A stretch of 64,000 nucleotides of DNA from the human T2T-CHM13v2.0 reference genome, Homo sapiens, in NCBI RefSeq assembly GCF_009914755.1, contig NC_060947.1; one strand, 5' to 3'. The position numbers and the translations under genes were made by a program. Below are positions 39,298-54,749 of the stretch, piece after piece. A model generated the notes under the pieces. The model was given only the letters and a program-made list of their open reading frames with translations. It did no database searches and was not told the origin of the DNA. The first letter of the stretch is position 1; each line of letters opens with the position of its first letter.

Positions 39298-39425
39298 AGG
39301 AGGTGCTTGCATCCTTCCTCTAAAGTATAATGTCATATAGGGTTTACCTGTATGTCAAAGTATAATGAAATATAAGGGTTACCTTTATGTCATTATACTT
39401 TGGAGGAGGGATGCAAGCACCTCCT
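39298..39425. repeat. 128-bp inverted repeat with an internal 35-bp tandem duplication
   Basis: Arms 39298-39337 and 39386-39425 are complementary at 37/40 positions. Direct units at 39322-39356 and 39357-39391. Confidence 0.92.
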
Positions 39426-39810
39426 AGCTTCAAGACTGGATCTCTACATTAGTCAAATATACCAGGTAATAATAGCTTCACTCTTACCTAAATGTGATTC
39501 AGGGGATAAATCTTTCAGTCTATGAGTCATATTTTCCGTTATCAGTGGTTAATTTCAGAAAAATAAGTTTTGCTGTTATTGATATTGTTACAATTGTTTT
39601 ATTTTTATTTTGTTTCATTCATTACTTAGCTTTGTATTCCTATCCCTTAAGAATAATACTAAGTCGGGCACATTTCATTAGATTTGTCTCATATAGCAAA
39701 GCTTGTGCTCTTTTATGTAGAAGAAAACCATTTGTTATTACATAAACAGCTACAACAGAGACAAATTAAAAATTAAATTCATGACTCCATTCTCATTTAC
39801 TGAAGGTCCT

Positions 39811-40173
39811 TGCGTTAGTTGGAATTGCTGTAAGGAAATACAAAAGACTGGGAGGCTTAAATAACAGATATTTACTTCTCACAGTTCTGGAGGCTGGGAA
39901 GTCCAAGGTCAAGGTGTTGCCTGATTCATTTCCTAGTGAAGGCCCTCTTCCTGGCTTGTTGATAGCAGCCTTGCCACAGCAAACTCATATGGTGAAGAGA
40001 GAGCAAGCTCTCGTGTTCTTCTTGTAAAGGCGCTAATTTAATCAACATTTTCCTACCCTCATAGCAATATCTAAACCTAATTATCTCCCAGTGACTTCAT
40101 CTCAAAATGTCATCACATTGGGTATTAGGGCTTCAGCATTTAAATTTTGCAAGGATGTAATTCAACCCATAGC
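39811..40173 (-). mobile_element. MLT1A-like solo LTR
   Basis: 'ttctcacagttctggaggctgggaagtccaaggtcaaggtg...ccatagca'. Confidence 0.85.
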
Positions 40174-40207
<34 letters not shown>

Positions 40208-40244
40208 AATAGCTACAAAAATACATTTTGTTTTTAAAAAAAAA

Positions 40245-41986
<1,742 letters not shown>

Positions 41987-42029
41987 TTGCCTATTTTACC
42001 TATTATCTATTTTTAAAATGGTCAAAGAA

Positions 42030-44030
42030 CTAAAAGAAACCATATCTTTTAAAAACTACTAAAAATGAACTGAGAAGACATAAAAAATAAGAATGGTCTT
42101 ATAAAATGAAGACGTTGAATTAATAACCAAAAATCTTCCCATGAAGAAGAGATCAAGCACAAATGGCTTCCCTGATTAATTTCCCAGACATTTAAACAAG
42201 ACTTTGATTTTTAGAGCCCACAAATAAGTGAGAACATGCAATATTTGTCTTTCTGTACCTGGCTTATTTCACCTAACATAATGATCTCCAGTTCAATCCA
42301 TGTTTTCCATAGAAAAAAACATTTAAGTTAAATAAATAAATAAAACAATGAAGACTTAAGACCAATCCTTTCAAAAAAATTCTTTTAAACTCACTCTAAT
42401 AGTCTAGTGTTACCCTGATACCAAAGCTGAAGATATCACAGAAAAAGAAAACAACAAACCAATATCTCTTATAAATATAAATGTAAAAAATCTCAATACA
42501 GTAGTAGAAATGTGATTCCAGTAACATTTAAAAAGGATTATATATCTGCAATAACCAACTGGTATATATCCCAGGATGCAAGTTTGGTTCAACATATGAA
42601 AATCAATCAATGTAATACACCATATTAATAGAATAAAAGAATTAAAAATGAGTATCTTTATAGCACACATAAAACACATTTGAAACAATCCAAAACCTTT
42701 CATGATAGAAATACTCAACAAACTAGGACTAGAAGGTCACTGCAACAATCTAAAAAAGGCCATCCATAAAAAAATCCAGTTAACATCGTAGCAGTGAAAT
42801 TTTGAATGATTTATCACCATGATCATAAAGAAGACACAGATATCCACTCTCACCACTTCTATTCAGCATTTCACTGGAATCCAGCGTAAATTTTTGTGAT
42901 CTTGGAATAGGCAATTGTTTCATAGCTATGTACCAAAAATACAAATAACCAGAGGAAAAAAATTGACGAATCGAACTTCCTCAAAATTCAAAAATGTTGT
43001 GTATCAAAACACACTATCAAGAAAGTGAAAAGGCGAATCCTCAGAAGGTAAGGAAGTGTCTGCAAATCACACATCTGATAAAGGATTAGTGTCCAAAATA
43101 TATAAAGAACTCTTACAAGTCAACAGCTGAAAAACAAAAATCCCAATTTAAAGTGGGCAAAAGAGTTGAATAGATATTTCTACAAAGAAGCTCTACAAAT
43201 GGCCAATAAACATACAAAAATATACTCAACATCATTAGTCATTATGAAAATGTAAATTAAAGCCACAATGAGATAGCACTTCAGATCCGCTAGGATGGTT
43301 AATATTTTTTTAAAAAGAGAGGGACAATAACAAGAGTTGGTGAGGATGTGGATAAACTGGGACAATCAAACGCTGCTGATGGGAATGTAAAATTATGTAG
43401 TCTCTGTGGAAAACAATTTGGTATCCTCAGAAATTACCCCTAGAGTCACCCTATGACCCAGCAATTACATGTCTAGGTATATACCCAAGATAACTGAAGG
43501 CTTATGTCTACAGAAAAAATTGTACGTGACTATTCACAGAATCATTATTCATAACAGCCAGGAAGTGAGAACCCCCAAAATGTTCATCACTTGTTTAATA
43601 AACGTATGTTGTATATTCATACATTATGAATACATAGGTATGAATATATGTATGTGTATTCATACATACATTTATGGCTGAACACTATTCAGCCATACAT
43701 ATGAGTGAAGTACTGATACATACTATATGGAAGAACTGAAAATATTTTTTCTATTTGAAAGAAACCAGACATGAAGCAAGATACAAAGAAAAGCATATAC
43801 TGTATGATTGATATTTAATGACCAGAATAGGTAAGTCCATTGATATGAAAAGTAGATTAGTGGTTACCAGGGGATGGATGAGGAGAAAATAGGAGTTTCT
43901 TTCGGAGCAATGAAAATATTCGTAATTATATAGTGATGGTGTTTGCACAACTGTGAATGTGCTAAAACTCACTAAATTGTGCAACCTAAAAGTGTGAATT
44001 TTATGGTTTGTTGATTATATCCCAATAAAG
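42030..44030 (+). mobile_element. Old L1M ORF2 fragments plus 3' UTR
   Basis: 'ttaccctgataccaaa', 'aaatcaatcaatgtaatacaccatattaa' and 'ctatgacccagcaatt'. Internal deletion near 42880 and a short antisense L1 piece at ~42205-42305. Confidence 0.8.
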
Positions 44031-44039
44031 TTGTCATGA

Positions 44040-44404
<365 letters not shown>

Positions 44405-44634
44405 AGGACATTTATTTTTGTGTAAAACTGTGCATGGGTGGTATAGTTGCTGGTCCCTGGATAATTCCAGTAACTTATTTATACATATACATAAAGCGCT
44501 TTATTAGAGATTCAGAGGCATAGTCTGGTTTATATTTAACTTCTAAAGGGTAAATTACTGGGTCTTCATTTCTCTTCTGAAAAACTGGTAGGAACCCGCT
44601 TTCCATGTCCTTTCTGCTTCTGTTGGGAGAATGT

Positions 44635-44639
44635 GTCTC

Positions 44640-44684
<45 letters not shown>

Positions 44685-44707
44685 GTATATAGACACATAT
44701 ATATATA
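44635..44707. repeat. (CT)n(TA)n microsatellite
   Basis: Seen directly. Confidence 0.95.
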
Positions 44708-47700
44708 CTGGTGTCTAAATAAGATGCAGGTATGAAAGTAGCAAAGTTCATATTTCTTGAAAATTTTATTCAGTTTCTGAGAATGGTCATTGCTGGCTCT
44801 TCTTTGGAGTTTTTTTCTCATTAGAAATAAGACAATCAAACACACACCAATGGGTTCTGCAATGTTGGACATCGCCATCAGTTGCATGTTTTGCAAACAC
44901 AGCTGAGTCCTTAAGCTTGGATATCACAGTGTTATATTTTTTTTACTCCTTTTCTCAGTGTTCACTAGTTTTGTCCAACACACCTTATTTTAATCCAAGC
45001 TGTAGTTGACAAACATGCTCTTTTTTTATGTCACGCAGGTACAATATAGGAGAATATAAAAGGGAACCATGTTCTCTTTCAGAAGCAGCGTGATCCAACC
45101 TGCCAAAATTTCACTGAAGTGATATAAATCCAAGAGTTGGTCAGATGTGTTTACTATAAACCTTCTCTGGAGTTTACAAAAATTTCCAGCTGAATAGAAT
45201 TTGACACTTTAATAAAAGGAAGTGTGGCATTATGCTGCAGTTAGCATGCCTGACTAGAAACAGTCCAACGTGCTGAGAAGACTATGAAGCTTTCCCTCGT
45301 GCCCTTTCACTTGAATCCAGTAATCAAAAGATTGATTTAGTTCTCAAACTTAATTTGCAGTTCTAATTTTATTAATTTTCCAAGCCAGCTAGATCTTATT
45401 AATCTATTGGATCAGCTGCAGCTGTGTCCCTGCTCGAGCTATGGGATGTACCCACCATGCCTTAGTTATTCCTAACCATAACAAGAGAAAGGAACAACAA
45501 CAACAAAACAAGTTCAGAGTCAATGCTCTTCTTTGAATCAAATCACGTTTCTGACTCCAGGAACTAGAATAATCTTTCTCTTTCAGATAGAAGGATGTAG
45601 AGTTTAAGGATTAGGGAAATTTCAATAAATAAGAAATTTCTCTTCATGAGTTTAGGGGAAAAATATCTAGGGCTATTCATCTAATGCACACCAGAGTACA
45701 AAGGCAAAACACAAAAAAGAATATTGAAACTCATAACAGGGATCATTGACCTGGAGTAAACATCTCTTAAAAACAAGGATCTTAACCTTTTTTCCTAAGC
45801 AAATGCAGAGGTACTTCCATTTTCTATATATGTTATGGTACATCAGAAAACCCTCTTATTTGACTGCTGACATGCACTGCTAAACTAACAGCCATTTATT
45901 GTAAAGCCAAGCTATCCAATTTTTCTCAGATGGTATAAAAGAGCTATTTTAAAATAAACTAGATGTTGGGAAAGAAGTTTAACTGTGCTTGTAGGACCCA
46001 GTGGTCCACTAAATACCTCTTTATTCCTCTTGAGCTATGGGATCAGGGAGTGCAGATGCCGGCTGCACTGGCCCTGCAAAATAAGAGGCCAATCGCCTAT
46101 AGGAAGCAAGGAGGGACTTGAGAAGAGGGAGAAAACACCGTGAGCATCTGAATTTCTGTTTTATGGGCACGCTGGGACTGGAAAGCTGCCAGCTGACCTT
46201 GTCTCCCCACATCTCTTTTTTCTTTTGTCACCTGCCTCACTGCTCATTCGTCTCTCTTTGTTTCTTCTATTATATTTGGTGTTTCTACATTCCAGTGTGT
46301 TTTAAGATACTCTATGTTTCATGGTGTGTCTGGTTTCTATACTTCTTCTCTAGATTGATTAAAAATTCAGTATAGAAAGGTACTTAGTCTCACTCTTAAA
46401 AATATTCTGAGAGTATTCAGAAAATACAAGAGAATAAAACAGATCTATCCAATCTCTCTCTGCGGCTCTGTCTCTGTCTCTCTCTCTCTCTCGCACACAC
46501 AAATTTAAAAACAACAACAAAAACAAAAAACAGAAAATACCCTTTACCTGTTCAGCATGAAACAATTGTCAAAAATGGTGTTGAGTTGTACCTTCAGAAT
46601 CTAGGCCCTTACTATGTGTCACAGGGCATCATTTACACAGCCAAATGTCAGCCATAAATGTGAGCACAGTATTGCTCTGTGCTCTCACCCACATTCTGCT
46701 CTCAAGTCCCAGCGAAGCATGTACTGCAAAGAGCACGATTTGTTAAATGTCCCTCAAAATACCATTTGGGGATGGGGATTTTTTTTCACTGGAATTCCAT
46801 TAATCTCCCAGCTCCACTCCCCTACACCATGAATTTGTTTGCCTTATTCAGTACTATTCCTTCAGACCTTGAATAGGCCTCTTTGCTTTGGGGGTTGGAG
46901 GATACTGATAAAATTCTTGTGTGTTTCTGCTGATGGCCCTTTCTATTTTCCAGGCCTATGTTGTTTCTGATAGGCCTCCAGCACCCAAAGAGAAAGGCAA
47001 TGTGAATTCTCTGAGAAAACTCCTCCTGGCATTCTCTCTTGAGCACAGCCAAGCATCTGGTGCCCGCTTTCAATAGCGAGAAGCCTGGAGAGCTGCCCAA
47101 GCCTATTCCCAGGTGGGGTTGAAAGAGATCCCAATTTCTGCAGATAGCGCCCATAAACTAGATTATAAACCAATGTAACATACTATAAGTGCCTCACAAC
47201 TACAGGCTTAAACCAAGGCATCAAAATGGGAATGAAGGGCTATCACATTAAATGATTACAAAACAAATGCACTTAGCTAGGCATTAGGTACTTAGTTTTA
47301 TCCTATGTGAAAGGAAATGAGGAGTTTTTCCAACAGCAGAGACAGCAACAGTGCTGCACCAAGTAGTTTTTCTGGGGAGCTGAGAAACACTCTTCCACTT
47401 AACTCTCCTCCTCCTCCCTGGCATTGTTCACTGTTGCTGCCCTTGCTCCTCTGCATGACCTGGGAGTCTCATTCATAGACTTAGTCCTTTGAGTGAAGCG
47501 TGAAGTGGAGAGGAGGGGGACGAAAATCATTGCCATACTCTGAAAATCTCTTGCCAAAATATTCATTTTTAGTTAAATATTTTTATTAACATAGTTACTA
47601 TGATTAAGTATTACTACGTGGAAGGCAAAGAGAAACAGAGAGAAAATACTTTGTTCTCAGAGGTTGTATCAGGAAAAGAGAGAAGCATGGTATAGGCCAG

Positions 47701-48131
47701 TCTGGGTGGTAAACATTATCATGGCATAACACAAGGTGGCAAAGTCCTGGCCCAAGTTGATAGAACACCTGAAGCCAACACATGGGGAAAGAGATGAAGG
47801 AGTGTGACTGACCTTCCTAATGATCTATATAATTATGTCAGACAGGCAGCAAAATGAGTGAGGCACTGAAATGCTGTGGCAAATATCTTCTGTGTTAGCA
47901 GATGACATTCAAAGTTGGAAGAAAAGACAAGGGTATATGAAACTTCAGTTCAAAGGGAAAAGTAGAGGTAACCTCAAAGCTTGTGAGAAAAAAAATTAGG
48001 TTTGTGGGCATATGATTAGTCATTCATTATATACATTTATCAAGTGATGGCGGGAAGGAGGGAAGGAGGTGGAAGCAGCAAACATATGGCCATCAAGGAG
48101 CTAGCTAATACAAGCTGAGATGTGTGTGTGT

Positions 48132-48161
48132 GGGGGGGCCGGGGGGTTGGGGGGCGGGGGG
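48132..48161 (+). other. G-quadruplex-forming motif G7-CC-G6-TT-G6-C-G6
   Basis: Four G-runs of at least 6 with 1-2 nt loops, next to (TG)6. Confidence 0.8.
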
Positions 48162-48964
48162 CGGCCCACACCACTTTTGCATCCCTGGCCATTTTCTACT
48201 TTGCATTAACAGAATGGCCTCAGCATCAGCAGATTGATTTTTGAGTCCTTGCTTAGCTGTGGAGGCTGCAAAAGCTAATCCCTTCTCTTTAACTGTGGTT
48301 TGATATACGTCTGACTATAGATGAAGGTGTTGTGAGGGGATGGATCATTTGAATGTTAATTACATTATGATGATGAATAAACAATGGTTACTTAAAGTGC
48401 AGAGGTATTACAGGAGAAACTACGTTTGAAAATTTGCCATCTTAAAAACAATCTCAATGATTGAGTTTCAAATAAGTTATTTTGTTCTTCATTTGAATTA
48501 TTCTAAGGACACAGTTATATGGCAAAAAATTTCCTTGTAGGTTTATAAATAGTTGAGCATTAATATCCAGCAATCTGGCTTCTCCTAGCATGCTCTTTTT
48601 ACTGTTCACACCTTCGGAAGGGAAGATTTGATATGCTGTTTAGCCTTAACTATCTGATGTTTGTTGTCCCATGAGGTCAGATGAATACAGCTCCAGAATC
48701 CTGATAGGAGTGTTGCTTTCCACATCAGCAGAGGGTAGAAGTGCTGTAGAAATGATGTGCTCACAGTGTACAGAAGCAGAGAGACTACTTGGTTTGCGAT
48801 TGGACATCACCTAGGTAAAGAAAGCTTGATTTGCAATGCACATCGTAATTGTGATAGATGAACTAGTGTGAGTTGAATCACTAAAAATAAAATAGCCATG
48901 ACTTGTTGATATTGAGGTTGGCATGAATGTACTATTAACCTCTGATTTTTATTTTATTTAAAAA

Positions 48965-49165
48965 TTTTTTTTCTTTTTAATTTTTGTGAGTACATAGTAG
49001 GTGTATGTGTTTATGTGGTATATGAGATGTTTTGATGCAGGGACGCAATGCGTAAAAATCACATCATGTAAAATGGCGTATCTGTCCCCTCAAGGATTTA
49101 TCCTTTGTGTTACAAATGATCCAATTATACCCTTTTGGTTATTGTAAAAAGTGCAATTAAATACT
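48965..49165 (-). mobile_element. 5'-truncated L1MA 3' end
   Basis: Same subfamily motifs as 8846-8992. Confidence 0.8.
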
Positions 49166-49944
49166 GACCGGTTTTTAGAACAGATTTCACAGGACATCCA
49201 GAAACTTGGAAGAATTGCCCTTAGGCCTTGCTTATTATATTAGGCAAGAAATTTCAAATGTGTAATATTGTTTAAGTCTCTTAGAATTGGACAGAAGAGA
49301 AAATACAGATAATAAATAAATTTAGAGAAATTTAATATTTGCAAATACAAAAAGAAAGGGAAACAAGAGTAACCACAGAGTAAAATTTTCTTCCATGAAA
49401 TTAGTGATAACAAGTTAAAAAAATGCTAAAATCCACGAACAGTAAAGTTGCATTGAAAATTATACACCAATACACTATTAGGGGCAGACATTGGCACTAT
49501 ATATAGGGAAAGATGTATGACAATATGTTGCAGAATGCTGTAGATGTAAATACTCAGCAAGTTGAGTATTCTCTTTCTGTTAGGTATATTAAAGACCAAA
49601 CTTTTGATAGATAAATTTGTCCTCTGTGGCATCAACTTCAGAAAATTGTGACTCTACCCTAAGCAATCCTCAAGCCTGTCACCTGACATTAGCGATTTGG
49701 TTTCTGTATGATATTTTTCAGACATTTGTTCTGGGAAGACAGGCCATAGGCTTTCCTATACTTGCAAAACAGTTAACACATGGTTTTAGATAGTAAAACC
49801 TCAATGCATATTTTACAATTAAATTTATACACTCAGTTTCTATTACCTCATAGGGTAAAAATGTGTGAGTTCGTGTCTGTGTGTGTGTGTGTGTCTGTGT
49901 TATAAATCATTGGTCAATAGTTCCTGGCAAATAATAAACATTTG

Positions 49945-50700
49945 TTCATTCATTCATGCATTCATTCAAAAATGTGTAACAGATGACAGATACTGTTCCA
50001 GGCACTATGATACAGGAGCAAAGCTTCAATTCTAGTGAGTAGAAATGGACAATAAACATGAAAAGTGATTACGTAATATGTTTGAAGGTAATAATTTATG
50101 TAGACAAAACATAGAACAGAATAAGAGGGACTCGAATTGCTTGTGGTAGTTTTTAACCTTAAACAGGATGATTAAGTCACGGGCCATGGAAAAAGTAACA
50201 TTTGAATAAAGACTTAACTGATATGAGGGATAGAGCTATGTGGATAAGTGGGATAGGCATGTTCTGGGTATGAGAAAAGGCAAAAGCCCTGAGGCAGAAG
50301 TGTGGTCCAGAGGTTTGAATAACTGCACGGAGATAAGAGATAAGTGAGGCTGTAGTAGAGTGAGAGAAGAACAAATTCTAGGTAGTAAGAAATTCGGTTA
50401 AAGAGGTAATAGAAGGACAGATCAATAGGATATTATCGGCCTTATTGTTGGTCATACTGTGGGACAAATGGGAAGCCATTGCGGAGGCTTGAATAAATGA
50501 ATGACATGATCTGACTGACATTTTAATAGGCTCATTCCAACTGCTCTATTGAGAATGTACTCCAGAAGGGCAAAAGTGAAGGCAAGGAGATCGGTGGGTG
50601 GCAATTGACGTAATCCAGTTGACAGGTGCCATGGCTTATACCAAAATAGTGGCAGTAGAGGTAGTGAGAAAAAGCTTCTGAATACAGAACTTGTTGAAGA
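49945..50700 (-). mobile_element. L2 (3' part)
   Basis: (TTCA)n tail 'ttcattcattcatgcattcattcaa', 'ccaggcact' and 'atgggaagccattg...tgacatgatctgact'. Confidence 0.8.
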
Positions 50701-51099
50701 ACTGAGTAAATTAATACATCATGGTGTAGAACTAACAGAAAAATCACTAAATAAGCCATGGGTTAGCCACAAACTTATAATATCAAATAAATACTAAATA
50801 TGTAAGTCAAACTCTACAGTATTCTCAAATTACAGATTATACTAATATCAACATATCATAATTTTTTTCATGAAAATTTTCTTCCCAAACATTTTTGACA
50901 TTGTCCAAGAGTTACTGCGTATGCAGAAAAAAAGTGGAGAACAGCCTAGCTTGGCTAAGCTGTGGATGCTAAGGGGCCAGATGGATTCACTCACTGTTTG
51001 AGATTCTATACACTATTCTATAGTGAAATATCTATATAACCCATGATTTTGAAAGAATTTTGTTCTGACATTTAGGATTGTCTTGATCCTTTGTAAAAA

Positions 51100-51490
51100 C
51101 GTATCCAGTTTGGAGCTCCATGGATGAAGAGATTTGTGGAACATGGAAAGGATTCAGAGGACTGTTACCAAGATGATTTAATCATTAGAAAATCAGCGCT
51201 ATAAAGAAAGGTTAATAGAACTGAGACTGTTCAGCTTGGAAAATAGAAAGAAAGCCAAGAGGGAATTTAATAATGGTCTTTAAGTGTATAAAGAGCTATA
51301 TTACACAGATAATGCTTAACAGCTGGTCTCAATCTTCTCTTAGGACAGAACAAGGAGAATGGAGTATAAATTGCATCATGAGAGATTTAGGAAAAATACT
51401 AGAAATAATTTTCTGACAAAAAAATACTGTTAAAAATTGAGCTAGGTTGCCAGTCCAGAGTACATCTGACAGTGTTTCTGGAATTCTCAG
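51100..51490 (+). mobile_element. CR1/L3 3' fragment
   Basis: 'aaaggttaatagaactgagactgttcagcttggaaaatagaa...ggacagaacaaggagaatgg...agatttagg'. Confidence 0.7.
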
Positions 51491-52041
51491 CAACTGATTC
51501 ATTAATGTCAGTTCAATATACATTTCCTGAGAACAAAGTAGTTATTATGTGTTAAGATATTTTCTATGGAATGACAATGTTGCAATTCGTCTATTGGCCT
51601 AGAAGGAAAATGTGTACAATTTGGCTTATACAACTAGTGAGTTATAAATTCAGAAACTAGAAAGCAGAAACCTAAGGTGGCATGATGCAAGAACAGTTAA
51701 CTTTGATGTGCAGGTATTGGTGCAATCTGGTAGAGGGGGAAGAAAGACGTAGAATGAAGAATAAGGGTCTAAAGGAAGGGGTGAAGGTAGGCTTTGAGAG
51801 GCACCTGGATAAAATTGAACCATAATATTCATTTTACTCAAGGACAAGGGCAGTGTGACAGGTATCCCTGCCCCTTTGCTTCACGGAAGTAGGGTGGGAC
51901 AGTGGCGGAGAAGCTTGTACTGCACCAGCCAGCCCCATGAATGGAAAGGGATGCAAGCAATCAAGAGACAGGAATCCAAGATTCCTTTGTCCCTAGTCAA
52001 ATTGAATTTCTAAACATGATCTTTATGATCTTTATTTCTCC

Positions 52042-53491
52042 TGTGTCCGGAATTGGTGGGTTCTTGGTCTCACTGACTTCAAGAATGAAGCCGCGGACCC
52101 TCGCGGTGAGTGTTACAGCTCTTAAGGTGGCGCGTCTGGAGTTCGTTCCTTCTGATGTTCGGATGTGTTCGGAGTTTCTTCCTTCTGGTGGGTTCGTGGT
52201 CTCGCTGGCTCAGGAGTGAAGCTGCAGACCTTCGCGGTGAGTGTTACAGCTCTTAAAAGCAGCGTGGACCCAAAGAGTGAGCAGTAGCAAGATTTATTGC
52301 AAAGAGCGAAAGAACAAAGTTTCCACAGTGTGAAAGGGGACCCCAGCGGGTTGCCACTGCTGGCTCTGGCAGCCTGCTTTTATTCTCTTATCTGGCCCCA
52401 CCCACATCCTGCTGATTGATAGAGCCCAGTGGTCTGTTTTGACAGGGCGCTCGCTGATTGGTGCCTTTACAATCCCTGAGCTAGACACAAAGGTTCTCCA
52501 TGTCCCTACCAGATTAGCTAGATACAGAGTGTGGACACAAAGGTTCTCCAAGGCCCCACCAGAGTAGCTAGATACAGAGTGTCCATTGGTGCATTCACAA
52601 ACCCTGAGCTAGACACAGGTTGCTGATTGGTGTGTTTACAAACCTTGAGCTAGATACAGATGCTGATTGGTGTGTTTACAATCCCTGAGCTAGACATAAA
52701 GGTTCTCCACGTCCCCACCAGAGCAGCTAGATACAGAGTGTCGATTGGTGCACTCACAAACCCTGAGCTAGACACAGGGTGCTGATTGGTGTATTTACAA
52801 TCCCTGAGCTAGACATAAAGGTTCTCCACGTCCCCACCAGACTCAGGAGCCCAGCTGGCTTCACCCAGTGGATCCCGCACAGGGGCTGCAGGTGGAGCTG
52901 CCTGCCAGTCCTGTGCGGTGCACCCGCACTCCTCAGCCCTTGGGAGGTCGATGGGACTGGGCGCCGTGGAGCAGGGGGTGGCGCTCGTCGGGGAGGCTGG
53001 GGCGGCACAGGAACCCACAGAGTGGGTGGGAGGCTCAGGCATGGTGGGCTGCAGGTCCCGAGCCCTGCCCCGCGGGAAGGCAGCTAATGCCCGGTGAGAA
53101 ATCGAGCGCAGCGCCGGTGGGCTGGCACTGCTGGGGGACCCAGTACACCCTCTGCAGCCGCTGGCCCGGGTGCTAAGCCCCTCATTGCCCGGGGCCGGCA
53201 GGGCCAGCCGGCTGCTCCGAGTGCGGGGCCCGCCAAGCCCACGTCCACCCGGAACTCCAGCTGGCCCGCCAGCGCTGCGTGCAGCCCCGGTTCCCGCTAG
53301 CGCCTCTCCCTCCACACCTCCCTGCAAGCTGAGGGAGCCGGCTCCGGCCTTCGCCAGCCCAGAAAGCGGCTCCCACAGTGCAGCGGTGGGCTGAAGGGCT
53401 CCTCAAGTGCCGCCAAAGTGGGAGCCCAGGCCGAGGAGGCGCAGAGAGAGAGCGAGGGCTGTGAGGACTGCCAGCACGCTGTCACCTCTCA
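52042..53491 (-). mobile_element. LTR12C-type solo LTR (HERV9), 1450 bp
   Basis: Termini tgtgtccggaattgg and gtcacctctca. 4-bp TSD CTCC (52038-52041 and 53492-53495). Tandem ctgattgg (CCAAT) repeats and a CpG-rich U3. Confidence 0.97.
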
Positions 53492-53719
53492 CTCCCACTG
53501 TAACTTTTTTGTTTTGGGGGAGGGATAGGGTTTTGACCAATTTTTTTCTCAGTTACTTTTTTTTTTTTTTTTAACTGTAGTGGGATTGAGAAAAGGGGTT
53601 AATTGAAAAAGAGAGTTTCTGTGGTTTCCATTTGAGGTCAAAGTCTGAAGCCAACATGTGATATTGATACCAACTCAATTCATTTCATATAACTTTAACT
53701 CATTTAATCTTTATTATGA

Positions 53720-53925
53720 GGTAGTGAAAGAAATACGTGTTCTTCTGAGTTTATATCCGGCCTCCTTAACAGCTGTGAGACCTTAAATAAGTTTCGTAAT
53801 CACTCTGAGCTTTAAATTTTTTCGTCTTTAAAGTGGAGACAGTAATTATCTCAAGGAGTTTCTGTGAGAATTAAAATGCTTAACAAAGTACTTATCACCC
53901 AGTAGGTACTCATCATATGCTAATT
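53720..53925 (+). mobile_element. MIR
   Basis: 'agctgtgagaccttaaataagttt...ctctgagc...gtgagaattaaa'. Confidence 0.7.
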
Positions 53926-54749
53926 CCCAACACCTATTACACATAACAAGCCCTCAATTATGAAATGACATCATTTTATGTTCTTTATTTGATGAGCACC
54001 TTAAACCTTTTTTACTTCAGTCCAAACCTCTCCACTTAGTTACCTTAACTCTTATTCATATGGTAAGACATCTGGGTTGCTCTCCTTAAGATATTCTCAA
54101 ATGTATTAATATCTTCCTTAGGAAATGGGCTGCTGAGGATGGAAGACACATTCCTAAATATAATCCCATCTGTACAGAGTATTATGACCTTATTATGCTT
54201 TCCTTGATGCGGAAAATATATTTATATTAATACATCCTGAAATTGTATTGCTTTCTTGGCAGGCACACTCTACTTTTGACACAAATAGTGAGAGATTTTT
54301 AGAACCTAGGTTTTCCTCGGAGATGCTCTAAATCTAGCTCTGTTGGAAGGTAATGCACTGGAGCAAATGATCACATGTCAGTGTTTTGAGACCAATAAAT
54401 CTGTGTTTCTCAAAGGCTGGGCAATTCTGAATGAATAACTTTTATGTCCAAAGTATCTAATTGAATTTATAACATATAATGTGGTATAATATAAAATATT
54501 CCTGTGAATTGGCCTACCTGTCATACTACTATATCAACTCTCTTTATTGCTAAACTTTATGGAAAAGCTACTTCTGTTTTCAGCTTTCAATTCCTTACTT
54601 ATTATCTTCTCATCCTAAAGCAATCTGGCTTTCCCCTGAAACTGCTTTCCCAAAGGCCATCAAGGACTTAATGGTCCAACCCATTAGTTTCTTCTCAATT
54701 ATTTTCTCTCTAATTACTCTGTGGCATTTGGCGTTATTGACCATTAGTA

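Noticed and set aside
44555-44896. 113-aa ORF with a hydrophobic stretch
   Set aside because: It runs through a (GA)n/(TA)n microsatellite and has no recognisable homology or exon structure.
52754-53485. Cluster of GC-rich ORFs resembling a CpG-island gene start
   Set aside because: Entirely within the LTR12C U3. Stop-poor GC-rich sequence gives ORFs in all frames.
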